Under the pieces are notes generated by a model, which worked only from the letters and a program-made list of their open reading frames with translations, did not search any database and was not told the origin of the DNA. DNA of 64,000 nucleotides from Azolla caroliniana. Taxonomy: Eukaryota > Plantae > Polypodiophyta. The stretch covers positions 310,001-374,000 of the forward strand of contig JBHGNT010000005.1 in assembly GCA_043228905.1 (NCBI GenBank), written 5' to 3'. Of the stretch, positions 12,281 through 25,722 are shown piece by piece. A program made the position numbers and the translations under genes. Position 1 is the stretch's first letter; each line of letters starts with the position of its first letter.

Positions 12281-15200
12281 ATAAGGAAATCTACAACAAT
12301 TTTCCAATTAGAAGCAATTAATATAGTATATTTTATGTGGTAAAGTTCACGAAATTGCCGAGCTTGAATCCAGACAAGGTGGTTGGCCCAACTCATCTTA
12401 GGATGTTCTTACATACGCCAATAATATCACGTGGTGGTTGGTCAAACCATAGTTTACAATATCTCCTATACATCATGTTATGAGTTGGTCACCTTAACAA
12501 GGCGGGGCATGCAGAAGTCACATATTTCGTGTTAACAATATGTATGTAATTATATGGTACTTGATACTTGGTATACTTATTAGATGTTAATACATATATA
12601 AATCAAATAGTTGATAATTACAACTTCAATAAAATAATGGCTACTAGAAAATTGGTGCAATTCATGTGTCAAGCCAATGGAAAGAATGGTTAAAACATCA
12701 TACATCACTTCACCTACGAGGTTGTCCCGACTCCGAGGTACCTGATCCACATGCACATGTTCTCCTCATAGCACATATGTGGCCAAATTCATTATTTGGG
12801 GGGGGGGGGGGGGGCATAGCTCATATGTATATTCAAATGCACATTATTGCATTTGGTCAGAAAAGCATTTCTCGTTTGGTACTATTATTTGAGACCCATA
12901 TTTTGCTTTTATTATTAGGCGAATCTCTAGTAGTAATCAATTTAAGCTCCCCCAGCCAATTTATGGATCCATGTTTGTTTCACTAATGGTTAGTTTAAAA
13001 TGAACAACACCTCATTTTATTCGTAAATAGATAGCTTAACAATTACAAAATAAACTTACACTTTTGTCAAAAGTTGTGAAATTTTATGTCTTTTAAAAAG
13101 GAACTAGATGTATGCATATATCTATCTATACATGTCTATATTTCTTCATTACAGTGATCAATTGAATGATCATCAAGAGAGCTACCCAATCATCAATACT
13201 ACAATGATCATCAGAACGCTACTCGTTCTAAAACTCACTGCCACAATGATTTTCCTAGTTTTCCGACTTTACAGTTGCTCGCATCCCCCCTTGTATGACA
13301 TGGAGAGATGGGCATATTACTCGGTGTAATCATCGATTGATCGATCAAGCAATCAAACAAGCAAGTATGCAGCCATTTGTATAATTACATTTTGTTTTCA
13401 CCCTGATCAAATCTTGGTCTCTTGCCATTCAATCTCTTTGCCTCTGCCTCCCACTCCTTTTGCTCCATGTCTCCCATGATTTTCAAACTACTTACTGTCG
13501 ACATATATGCCTGATTGCATGTAGATCTGCACTTCTCGAACAGTCTTTAGGGTCACACAATTGTATAATCTGTAACTAGCAATGCTCAAGAAATGTTTCC
13601 ATTCAGTTGATGCTTGCTTCATATCGTAGGAATCACATCCAATCTAATTTTATTGTAAACATTGTTTTGTTTTCAAACAACGATTTCAAATACCTGGAAC
13701 TACTCGAATATGATACCCCTACCATTATTTCCTTCTAATTTATCGCTCTAATTAAACAGCAAACCCAATCATTTCTGCATAATTATGGGAGGCATCCGAT
13801 CCCTTGATCTAATTAAACACCAACTGAAAGGCAATTACTCACAATTAATCCATATCAGCTACTCTATTTAGAAAATCCCAAGGTTTTTTACTGTAATGAT
13901 ACTTTCGGTGGATAGTTCTGTGATTAATCATTCTAATTTATCGCTCTAATTAGACGCCCATATGCGATTTTTTTGATGATGAATACATTTTGAGAACTGT
14001 AACTAAATACCCAAATCCATCTCAATTACTAGAATTAGAATTTGTATTGGACATTTGAAAACATAGACATATGAACCATTCTTTGTGGAGAAGTCATTGT
14101 GCTCTCGAATAAACCATTGCATTTTCCCAGAGAGAACGTACCAATAATACCAATAATATGACCAGCAAAAATTCAAACTAACACCATGTGAACCAAGAAC
14201 TTTGCCATATAGTTTTTAGCGTATGATAACATGGAAGGTTTAATAACGCTACTATTCCACACATGACAAGAAATAAACATCTACTAGAGTCAGATTAAAT
14301 CAACGCACAAGAGAGGAACGATGATTTAAAATACAGGAACGATAATGAAACTAAAATAAAAGCTTGTGGATTTCCTAAACGTCCATGATAATGATGACCA
14401 AGACACATTAGGTGTCTTTGCAATCCACAATGCTTCAAGATTTACTATGTTAGTTGGTGTGCTGGATCTGAGAGTCAATGATGATATGCATTACGATTGC
14501 ATCTCAATTTCCTGGGTGAGTCCTCTGACATGTTGTATGTAGAGTCTGTATATAGGGATGCAACTATGGAAGAAGTCAGTCATATGAGCAACTTCCTCAT
14601 GCGTTATTAATGTTGTCCAATTGATCTTGTCACTGTTCGTCCATCGTGAATCCTGAATAAATATTCTACCATCACTAATGTTTAGGGAGTAGCTTCTCAT
14701 ATACGGAATTTCCCTACAATCCTCGTGCTCAATTGTTTGCTTCTACTATCAAGAGGTTGCCTTTCACTCAAAATTTTGAAAATGGACATTGTTGGAGTAT
14801 CAAATCTCAAGTGATGGGACCGCCATAGAGGCACGTGTAGATGTACCCAATCAAGTATTCACCTACATAGGACACATGAGCAACAACAGCCTAATTACAA
14901 CAAAGTGAACCATATTTTTGCCTACACAATAATCTACATTCTTGATATGTGTCAATATATATATATCTTTTTTGAATGTCCTTAATTTTCAAACAACTAG
15001 GTAAATCCCATGGTCTTCTCTACATTAACATTAATGTTGGTTTTCTATTCACACTGACAGTTCATAACAATGCATTCAAATAATAATAATAGTAATAAGA
15101 TAAGATATCATATCATCAGCAAAATATGAGATATCATCATATAAAAATAATAATACCATGTTGATTACAAACTAGATGACGTGCTAGCTTGAATTGATCC

Positions 15201-15408
15201 ATTGGTGTGTCTAATGGCCTAATATAACTTGAATTTGTCCTTGTGCAGATTGTATAAAAAGAGCAGAATGTCATTCAATAAATGAAAACGGTCAACAATT
15301 CTTCTAATTCAATTAATGGCTGATTAGATGTGTGAATCGAACCATAGTCATGTTAGATAGAGATTCCAAATACTGGAATCAAAACTACATTCATTGTAAT
15401 GAAATCCT

Positions 15409-18400
15409 TCACTTCTTTTTCGACTTGATTTGGAATGCTTGTACAATTTGTCTCCATGACCTCAAGGCAACCAAGGATGGGATAACAACCCATATATTAT
15501 TCATGAATATGTAGTAGAACCAGAAGTAGAAGGGTCCAACAGCATACTCCACATTATCCAATAAAGGAGTAACAAAATAGACAATACAGCCATAGAGCTG
15601 ACTCAAGCATATGGACAGCTGAAGCGGATGTGCGTACGGTTTCTTGGTCGCTATAGCAAACCTGCATCAAAATGTTTCTTAACTCTCTCTCTCTCTCTCT
15701 CTAGCTGTTGTCTTGGTGGTTTACACCAGAGCATCAAAGTCATAAAATTCACAGAACCCTAGTTCAATCCTCTGTATGGGCAAAGCTCCATCTCATAGAT
15801 CACAATCAGTCTTCTATGGAAGTTAAAGGATGTAAAAAGATGTTGGCTTTGTGGTTGACAGCATAAAATCGAAGTCAGAAATTTTGAGATAAAATTGAGA
15901 GAACCCAGGTTCGATCCTCACCACGAATCATATATGGCATCCATAGGCTGCACAAAACATATGGTCAAAGCTGTTTCTATCCATCTAAACCTTCTATATA
16001 AAGTTAGACCAAGGGGTATGATTGTAAACGCACACAAAAAATGTCTAAAGGCTCAGCTCAGTTCTATCTTGCAGAAAGGCATCCAGATCATGATAAGACG
16101 ATCATTCAGACTCCATTGGCAAACATTCAACATAATTGAGCTAGTAGAAAACTATCAAAAAATAGGTAGAATGTTTCATAAGAAAACAAATGAAGGAAAT
16201 AGAGAAGAGAAAAGGATGATTTACACTGCAAGAAGACATGCTGGACCTAGAAGAACTGCAGTAATGCCCTCAACTGCCACCACAGCAGAATCTCTTCCAG
16301 CATATCTTGAGTCTCCTTTGCTGTATTCTTTCCCTTTGAATTCATAAACATCGGTGGCTTCAATAAGCATGTTTAGAGTAAAATAACATAAAAAATTCAT
16401 CGACAATGTTTACTTACAGACTTCTGCAAGATACACAGGTGTTTTCTTCTTGTAAAAGTCTGGAGTAAAGACAAAATATCCTTCAAGGATTATGTGAGTC
16501 AGTCCACTAAACGTCAACCAACAAATCACAAGCCGATCTGAAGACAGTATGCGAGCCTTGCCTGAAAGGTCAAACGTTAATATTGTTATTGATTCTCATC
16601 TCCAAATTATGGTGTCTGATTCCGGCTCAGAAACCCTAAATTTAACTCTCTATCAAAACTCTCTCTCTCTCTCTGTGTTTGTTTTACTAGAAATCGATTA
16701 GTGATTCAGATGAATGTAGTTTTTGTTTCATAGGTCACTTTAGCCCCTTGAAAACATTAACATAACATTGCACTTCATTCCCGTGACTCTCGTTGGGTCA
16801 CCATATGAATATTTCCACGTCCATTCTCACAGACAAACCAAGGAAGATCACAATGGACTGATATGATACACATTCAATAACATGAGGGAAGGAAATTGGG
16901 ATCTCATTCTACGCCTTGGTGCATTCCAGAACCTACTCGATGCCATGAAAACACTCACCACTGAGAGGGTAGCAGGAGTGAATACAACGCTAAGCCTGCA
17001 TAGTAGCCATCAAAATCACCACCAATTTAATCTTATGAGCCTCACATCCAAATGCAAACTATCAAAGGATTCCCACCCACATGGGATACCCTCTCAGTAA
17101 CAATGATGACCAGATATTTTATCTAGATTGGAAGAGACCAGACATTTCATCTCCCACCCAGCATTCCAAACATCCTTATACAGAGTATCAAGTCAGAACA
17201 CCTCCACACAAAGCACATTTATGTTGTTGGCCAAGTGTTGTTCCTTTCAATAACAAAAACATCAAATGCTACATGAATTCCACCTCTTCAAACGCCGATG
17301 AGCTCATTCCCAACGAACTTGAGATGAACACAGAGGACCAAGAACTCAAAGAGGAGACACCATGTTCATTCAGAAGTCAAATGGCCAATCCTATATGGAG
17401 ACAGAAGCCAAACCAAGCAATCATCCAAGAGTTCCAGACTCCCAAGTTTTGGTCCACACCCCATCCTCAGGCACCACAACCCTTAGTATTTGATCTTCTG
17501 CCTCTCATTTTTTATTGATTTGATCCCATTGGTCAAAATCGGCCTCCTCGTGGAGGATAAAAATATAACCATTCAATCATAGGGAGAATGATGTGCACGT
17601 TTTTTGGGTCCAAACAGGTAATGTCTCTTAACCACTGGAGGAGACAACAAATCATGATCATGATTATCCTCTCTCTCTCTCTCTCAACAGTAATACAATG
17701 TACCTATTGTGAACACTAATTCACATGAATCCAGAAATAACCGTTCATATCCCAAATAACTTTTCATATCTGTTCATATCTTGTATCTGACTATTTAATA
17801 GTTCCATACTCATTAATAAAATTAACACTTCTATCAAATTGCTATTAAGAGCGATCAAATCAACAACAATCAGAGCATTCAGCAGCACCAGAAACAAGAA
17901 CAAAAGAACAGCAACCAGAAACGATGACAAAAGAAATCATCAACTTGACAAACTACTCACAATAAGAAACACTAAATTCATAAACTCAAATTTTACTCCA
18001 CAAATAAAAGAAAACCAATCATGGCCACAGTCGAAAACCCAGACATGGTTGCTGCCTCAACACCATCCTCCACATCAGTATCCAGATCTATTCGAATTGA
18101 CAGACTAACCAGAACCGCAAATTATCATCCATGGCAAATATGGATGAAAATGCATTTGCGCAGATTACACCTATGGCCATACATAGATGGAAGCAAAACC
18201 AAGCCTGTCAATAATGATCCAGAAACTCAAGTATGGCAAGATAAGGATTTTGAAGCACAATCCGAAATCCAATTTCATGTAGCAGATTCACTAATGTACC
18301 TCATTTCAAACCAAGAAACTGCCAAAGAAATGTGGGAATGTCTAAGCGAACAATATGAAAAGACTGACACAATTCATGCCATTGCTCTGTTTCGACAACT

Positions 18401-20889
18401 CACAACCTTCCACATGCAAGAAGATGATAATTTTGAAACATTTCTACAGTCATGGCACTCACTTCTAGAACAAGGCACCACCACAGGCCTTCAATTCACA
18501 GACAAACAACATGTAGTCATGCTATTAGCAGCACTACTACCAACCTGGCGACCTTTCATCACAACCAAATCCTATAAAACTCAACCATTGGCTGTCCTCA
18601 TCAACAAAATGCGCCAAGAATATACCTTCTCCAAGCTAAGCAACAACAATCTTAACCAAGCAACAATTCAGATCGCAATGGCAACCACCATTCCCACACT
18701 GAACCAACACCAACAACAACCACATAGATTCAACAAATCTATCAGATACAACCATCAAAACAATTACAACCACCAAAATCAAAGAACATCTCTGTGTAAT
18801 TACTGCAACAGACCAGGCCACTGGGAGAAAGACTGTAGAACCAAGCAAAGAAACACATCTAATTATCAAAACACCAAAGTAATGACATGCAATTATTGCA
18901 ACAGACAAGGACACGTGGAAAAATAATGTCGAACAAAACAACGTGAAGTAGGCCAACGACCTCAAGCTAGGATGGCACAACTTCAACAAAATCCACCACC
19001 ATCAGGTGAAGAAATGTATTTATTCAATACCAATTTAACCAACACAACAGTTTTAGGTACCTAGTACCGGTGCCACCCATCATATGACATTTGACAAACT
19101 GTACCTAACACAATATAAAAAGCTTACCACACCCCTAGACGTCCACCTTGGAGATAACAGCACTAGACATGCCCAAGGATATGGTACCTTCACCTTTAGT
19201 CTACCCAACAACAATCATCTACATATCCATAAAGTTTACTTTGTACCAGGACTTACATAGAACCTCTTATCAGTAAGTCAATCAACTGAATGCGGCTACA
19301 AACTCACCTTCAAAGGCAATTCTTGTCTCTTCCAATCTCAACTCTCAAATGGCACATCACATACAATTCCTTGTTTCAAAACACAAAACATATATCCAAT
19401 TTCCATCACACCCATCAAAATATCAAATGCCACTCATCAAATCCATGACGCTGGAATTCAAAACATCCTCAAATGGCATCTTAGGTTAGGTCACCCACAT
19501 CTTCAAGCCCTTCTTAAGATCCGAACACACAACCTTGCAGGTCCTTTCACCCAACTAACCTTTTGTGAAGGCTACCTCTTCGGAAAAATGACCTCCAATC
19601 CATATCCTCGTTCAACCCAATACACAACAAATCCCCTCCAACTCCTCCACACCGATCTATGTGAACCAATGCCGACTCCCTCCCTAACTGGAGCTCTTTA
19701 CTTTCTCACATTTATTGATGACTACACACACTACACCATCATCACTTTCTTGAGAAAGAAATCTGACGCCCTACCCCATTTCTAAGCCTACAAAAATCTT
19801 GTTGAAAACCAATTAAATCAAAAAATCAAAATACTACGAAGTGATAATGGATGTGAATTCACTTAACATACTACAATGAAAAGGAATCCTGCATCAGACA
19901 ACCATACCTCATCATTCTCAACAAAACGGAAAAGCAGAGAGAAAGAATCGAAAACTCATGGATGCTGCTCGATCAATGCTAAAAAGTGAAAACCTCCCAA
20001 ACAACTTTTGGGAAGAAGCCGTGGCAACGGCTTGCTATTTATAAAATAGATTGCCTACGACAACACTCAGTTCTCAAACACCATCCCAAAAATGGTCAGG
20101 TATCAAACCCGATCTTTCTCACCTAAAGATCTTTAGCAGTACAGCATACTCATATGTACCCAATGCAACCAGAAATAAACTAGAAGATCGAGGAACCAAG
20201 CAAATTTTTATCGGCTATGGTGACCGCTTCGGCAAGAAAGAATGTTGTCTTGACAATCCTAAACATACTAAACATATTAACTACAAGTATTTTTATGTAA
20301 AAGAACTGATAGACGCAACCAAAGGAGATCAATCAATCCTCGTCATCAATTATACTCTTACAAATCAACAAGTCGCTGATTTTCTCACAAAGGCAGTACC
20401 TAAACCCAAATTTGACTTTTGCTGCAAAGCTATTGGACTTATTAATGTAGCTTCAAATAGAAATAGCCATAGCTTATAATTCTAGCAAAAAATAAGGAGA
20501 ATGTGAACACTAATACACATGAATACAGAAATAAACGTTCATATCCCAAATAACTTTTCATATCTTGTATCTGACTATTTAATAGTACCATACTCATTAA
20601 TAAAATTAATGCTTCTATCAAATTGCTATTACCAAACATACATTATCACGATTCACACCGATATCTCAACAAGATAGAAACAGAACATGACAGTGGATAA
20701 AAAGAAGAAGAAATTCTGGTTAGAGCAAAATTGAAAGACATTTTACTGCTTACCGGACAAGTACCACATCAGCAAGAGGACTGCAACGCTCCCGATTCCA
20801 TAGACTGAGAGAATCTCGAGGATCGACAGGAAATTCGGTTCAAAGCCTTGAAGCTGCAGAGTTTGAGGAACATACGGATGTTGAACCAT
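15409..20889 (-). CDS. HYD1: 3-beta-hydroxysteroid delta8-delta7 isomerase (EBP family); exons 20889-20754, 16561-16418, 16333-16225, 15661-15409
   Basis: Spliced translation [13 protein letters not shown]...[18 protein letters not shown]...[31 protein letters not shown]...QLYGCIVYF...WVVIPSL...KSKKK, with a C-terminal lysine-rich ER signal. All junctions are GT-AG and in phase. Confidence 0.95.
17708..20620 (+). mobile_element. Non-autonomous Ty1/Copia element lacking RT, in HYD1 intron 1
   Basis: LTRs at 17708-17836 and 20502-20620 (TG...CA) with a purine tract before the 3' LTR. Gag 18021-18926 has CX2CX4HX4C knuckles; then [22 protein letters not shown] (integrase) and KHTKHI...QVADFLTK (RNase H end). 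Stops and frameshifts present. Confidence 0.93.
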
Positions 20890-21182
20890 TGGTAAGAAAA
20901 CCTGAGACAAAAAAAAGGGGTCTAAATCAGCAATGTGGATCCGTGTCTGCAGAGATGGAGTTCGAAAGAAGAAGAAGGAGCAGGGAGGGACCTAACCTTT
21001 AGAAGACCTTGGAAGCTATATATGTATCTTCTTCGTGTTTTTCTCGGTGATCTCAGGATGTTCCTCTGTGTTTTTTCAGATCTGTTCGGTTAGTTGGTTT
21101 ATCCTGGGTATGGGTATCAGGGTATGGGTGCTAATGCTATGGTAAGCCCACACCTTTGTCTGTCCATCACGTTATTATCTGT

Positions 21183-21222
<40 letters not shown>

Positions 21223-23299
21223 CATGATTATATGTTATATACATCTGGCATTAGCTTTCTTTGCGATCGGGTCCCACTCTTGTGTGTTATGTAGTAGTTA
21301 ATCGCTCAAACAATGGGAGCCGTGAAATGCAAAAATAGACCGATGTCCTTGAATGGAATGGTGTTGCATTAAACCACCATAAAGAGGCTAGTTAAGTATA
21401 ATCAATGGGGTTATGGAATCACATTAAATGCTAGTGCAGCACTTGAACCCTAAGGGAATTAAATGCAAATAGCTGGTACACTGACTGCTAATATGACAAT
21501 GTCACTCACCCTTTTCGTGAACTTATTTAAAGATATTTGTCATTGAAATGCCTTTGGGAGTTTGTGCCATTGAAATTAGACGATTCAAGAATGTATCTAT
21601 TCTAAACACTTGCGGCAAAATGTTATGAAGATGGATGTATTCATGCAAGATCCGTGTGTCATCAAGTTGTTTCGAAACTGGTAGCAATTTGATTGGACAT
21701 TAATGGCTCAGACCACTCACTTGCCCATGACCAAGGTTGTACCCCTTATAATGGTTTAGAACTTCCTTGTGCAATGAGGTCTAATTCAGATGGTTTGTGT
21801 GCTAGAATATGTAAATAATCATGTGAATTTATGATTAAGTGCTCACCTTATATGTGCGAGTTCCTAAGTACTAATGTAAGTTTAACTATATATAATGTAT
21901 CAACGTAAGTATAGGAATGCATGTGTTTAGGATAATATATGTTTGCTTAAGCGTGTGTCCACTCATATCATATATACGTGTATGTGTATGTACATACGTG
22001 AATGCATGTGTGTGCATCTTTAATTAGGGTTTAGGGTAGCAATGTAGGAAATAGGTTTCCATGTAAGTTATTACTTTATTGGCAAATGAGGCGTATTTGG
22101 GGAATGTATGCTTTATTATTATTATATTTGAGTAATTATTCCCGAATATACTGGACATTGCCAGGTCGATCAAGCGTCGGATTTTCATAGACTAAGTATA
22201 GGAATATACATATTGTACATTGCTTTCTTAGTTTACGAATATGAATATAAGAATGAGTAAAGATGAGGAAAACTATGGATATGTATAGGAATGAGAATCG
22301 GGCCTTGCATGAGTAAAATTTGTTGTGAATGGGAAGAAATTCAGTTTAAATGACACTGTATCTCATCAACATATATCGATTATGGAGGAAAGCTGAAGAA
22401 GTATGTTTATAACTCTTTCCTTGTAACCAATAAATCTCAAGAGAAGGAGAAGACAAAGACTGAAAGAAGGAGAAGGCGAAATCAAAGCTTAATGCTAAAT
22501 GTTGTGAGAAATCATCAGCTCCTAGAAAAGATATTAGTAAGGATATAGATGCAAGAAATCATCAGCTCCTGAAGATGTGAGCAATTCTTGCATAATTTTC
22601 AGTCTCTAAAGTTCATTGCCACGATGTCATTCAAAACTCCCCCAAACATGTCTAATATTGTTGGGTTTTTGAACTTCCACATTGGCAATTCTAGCCATGA
22701 TGGTGCAAAGGAGTCATCACAAGAAAGACTTCTATCTATTGAATTTTATCGGAATGCTTTCCCTTACAGCATTACAATGTGATTCAGACCCGCAAAGCAT
22801 GCGGAGTAAAAGTGAGGGTGGATTAAGATCGGCAGTTCAAAACTTGGAAGTTGCATTTATCGGATCACAAGTCTCAGTTTCAGCTTCCCAAAAGGGATTG
22901 TAAAGCCGCCAAAGACAGGTATTAAAACATCTCAATCCAGAAATCTCAAAAGGGTTTCTAGTTAGTCTTGTAAAGAGTCGAAATAAGCACCCCAAGAATG
23001 TGAGGTCGATCCTGCATAATTATGGTTTAAATTTTTCCTTGGGACTATGTTATGATTTAATTTTGTGAAGTGGTCATATTTCCGGAAGATTACATCAGAT
23101 TCATCAAATATATTCAAGGGTTTACAAAAATATCCCCATTACATGGGGTTAGGATAGAGATGGAATTGAACTAAAAAACATGTTGGGAAGAAGATCATCG
23201 AGTTTCGACGTGATCAATTTACGATTGACCATTTATCAACTTTTGTTGTGAATCTCTCATGCGCCCTCGTAATTCACTGCCATGTAGTAACATTCCCTT

Positions 23300-24500
23300 T
23301 CCCGATGAAGAGTCCATTGTAGACTTTTGGGTTTATAGGACCTTGTGCATATTAAGGACAATGCAATCCTTGAACTCTAGGAATTGAATAAATAGATTTT
23401 TTTGGCCAAACTAACTAACCAAAGTCAAACATCATGAGGAAATGCTAGCAAGATGCAATCCATCCTAGTGCATTGCTCAAAGTCCTGTGGTATACTATTG
23501 GTAAGATTAGAAATGTTGAATGTAGGACACCCAAGGCTTGTGGACACATGACCATCTTCATGGATACCACGACCATACCTAAGTTCAACTTGGCTAGCAA
23601 CTCTATTAGCCACAAGGATCCCCTAAGAATATCCCCAACCACTAGGACTCCACTCATAATCCTGTGACATAACACCAATAACAGAGATGATGGCTCCAAT
23701 TACTTGTGTACATAACCTAGAATTGGTTGTCACTTTCATTGCATCCAAACATTGTTGACATTAGTGGCATATTCCTTTCCATGGTCATGTGTATGACAAC
23801 GCTAAGTTGACCTAGATAAGTAATCTTGTATATTGTTTAGCGGGCACATGCGATGCTTTTGACCATATAGAAAGGTTCAAGAAAATTATGGGAGCTTATG
23901 GAGCACTCTCAACTAGGACAATAGCTACCACCTTTGGTCTAATAAGACCATGCTAGAGTTTAGTTCTACACATTTTTAGACAAAGTCTAGAATGATTTCT
24001 GTTACGTCAAGGAAGACTTTGTTACCAACTTCACGAGATGAGGGATGAGTTGGAACCCCATAGATTGTGACATCTATCATGTGTATACCCGCGAGCCGTG
24101 ACCAAACCGGAGGCCCCTGTGGCCATATGCATAGACCTAAAATAAAATGTTATAATTGTGTGTGTCCCCACATGGTTGGCAAGTGTCCCACCAAACACCA
24201 CTACGACACTCAAAACATGAGTTAGCCACATTATGCCATTGTAATGACCTAACAAACTGTTTAGGTCCTGTCAAGACATCGTGCAAGACTTAGTTGTCTG
24301 TTGCCAACAAGACAACACATGCCATGGTCCTGATCACTTAGTACCTAATAGCCAACAAATGAATGGGAAGGCAAGTGCAAAATTGTTGTTTGTTTTACCA
24401 CTTAAAGTAGGCATGAGTATTCATGAGACCCCAACACAAAGCTCAAAACATTCAATGAGTGATATGAGTAGGCCATTCAAAAATAGTTAAAGGGAAGAGG
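23300..24500 (-). mobile_element. Highly degenerate LINE ORF2 remnant
   Basis: Minus-strand fragments PWHVLSCWQ, KQFVRSL and VWWDTCQP loosely align with MWHSVSCWI, IRWFIW and VSWCWLTQP of the LINE at 36.8-39.2 kb. Boundaries approximate. Confidence 0.35.
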
Positions 24501-25575
24501 AAACATTTAAAGCCAAACAAAATTAAAAAATCCTCTAAATATACAATGTTAATACATGATTCCTTGCCTACAATGATGAATCACCTCCAAAAGAATATGA
24601 AACCCAACCAGACACAACATTACCAGCCCACTTAGGAGCTTATTGCAAGCCAAGATAAGAAAAACCAAGCTTTCATGACTTCAATTGAAACAAGTGTCAA
24701 TTATCTTCTCCTTTGATCTAATTCCTTGTTGTACAAGCTGGCACTTGGCACCTAAGAAGTTATTGTGGCTTGACTAGATTTTTCGAGAAAGTGGGAATGT
24801 GCAAAACATTTTTTTATGTCCTCTTGTTGTTAATTATTATTCTTTGTTGAACAAAACATCCTAACGTGTCGAATCATATGACATGTGGTGTGGCCTCCTA
24901 CCTCAACTTAGTTGGGTCACTCAAGTGCTCATAGACCATGAAACTATTCATCGTGACTTGTTATGTGATTGGACACATCGTTTCCTTTGCTTGTGGTCAC
25001 CTACATGGAATTGGCCTTGTAATGCTTTATTGTGAAAATGAAGTCGTAATAAGATATCGTAATTAGTTATTTGCTTACTATTGGTGGCTTCACTTTTCTT
25101 TGTCAATCCACCCTTGATGTTGTCGTGATGTGATGTGTGCGAAGGGACAAAAGCATAAAAAAATGAAGTTTTGCAATAGATCAAGACTCTTGTCAATGTG
25201 ATCATGGGGAAGGAATAGCGAGGAGACAAAATTAATACGATAGTCTAACTAAAGTGGCAAGAACTAACCACGTGAATAATAATGTTAAGGGATCAAATTT
25301 TGTTTAGTGTAGTGTAGGAAAAAAGTAATGGCAAAGATGCAAGTAGGAAAATACGAACATCTCAGTGACCATTTTGTTGGCATTAGGTGTCCATGTGAGG
25401 TTAACAATCAATTGGTGTTGACATCTGGAATTGGTATAGATTTTCGCCCCATGTTTAGATTCTTGCGGGAAAAGTTTGGTTGCAATCCTTAATGAATGTT
25501 GAAGCACAAGGTGCAATCAAAACCCTTTTCCAAATATGCAAACCTAGTATGAGGAGATTACAAAAACTTACAATG

Positions 25576-25722
25576 TGTTAGGGGCATGACCATATAATAT
25601 CCCGTGGTGAGAATTTATCGTAGTATTCTTTACACTCTCGTTTAACCCTCACACTTATCCACGTGTATAGAATACTATGGTAAATTCTCACCACGGGATA
25701 TTATATGGTCATGCCCGTAACA
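25576..25722. mobile_element. 147-bp palindromic miniature element with TGT...ACA ends and 5-bp TSD
   Basis: 60-bp inverted arms (25576-25635 and 25663-25722, 4 mismatches); CAATG directly flanks both sides (25571-25575 and 25723-25727). Confidence 0.85.

Noticed and set aside
16750-17640. ORFs 16882-17100 and 17081-17518 in HYD1 intron 1
   Set aside because: No recognisable domain; probably decayed TE sequence.
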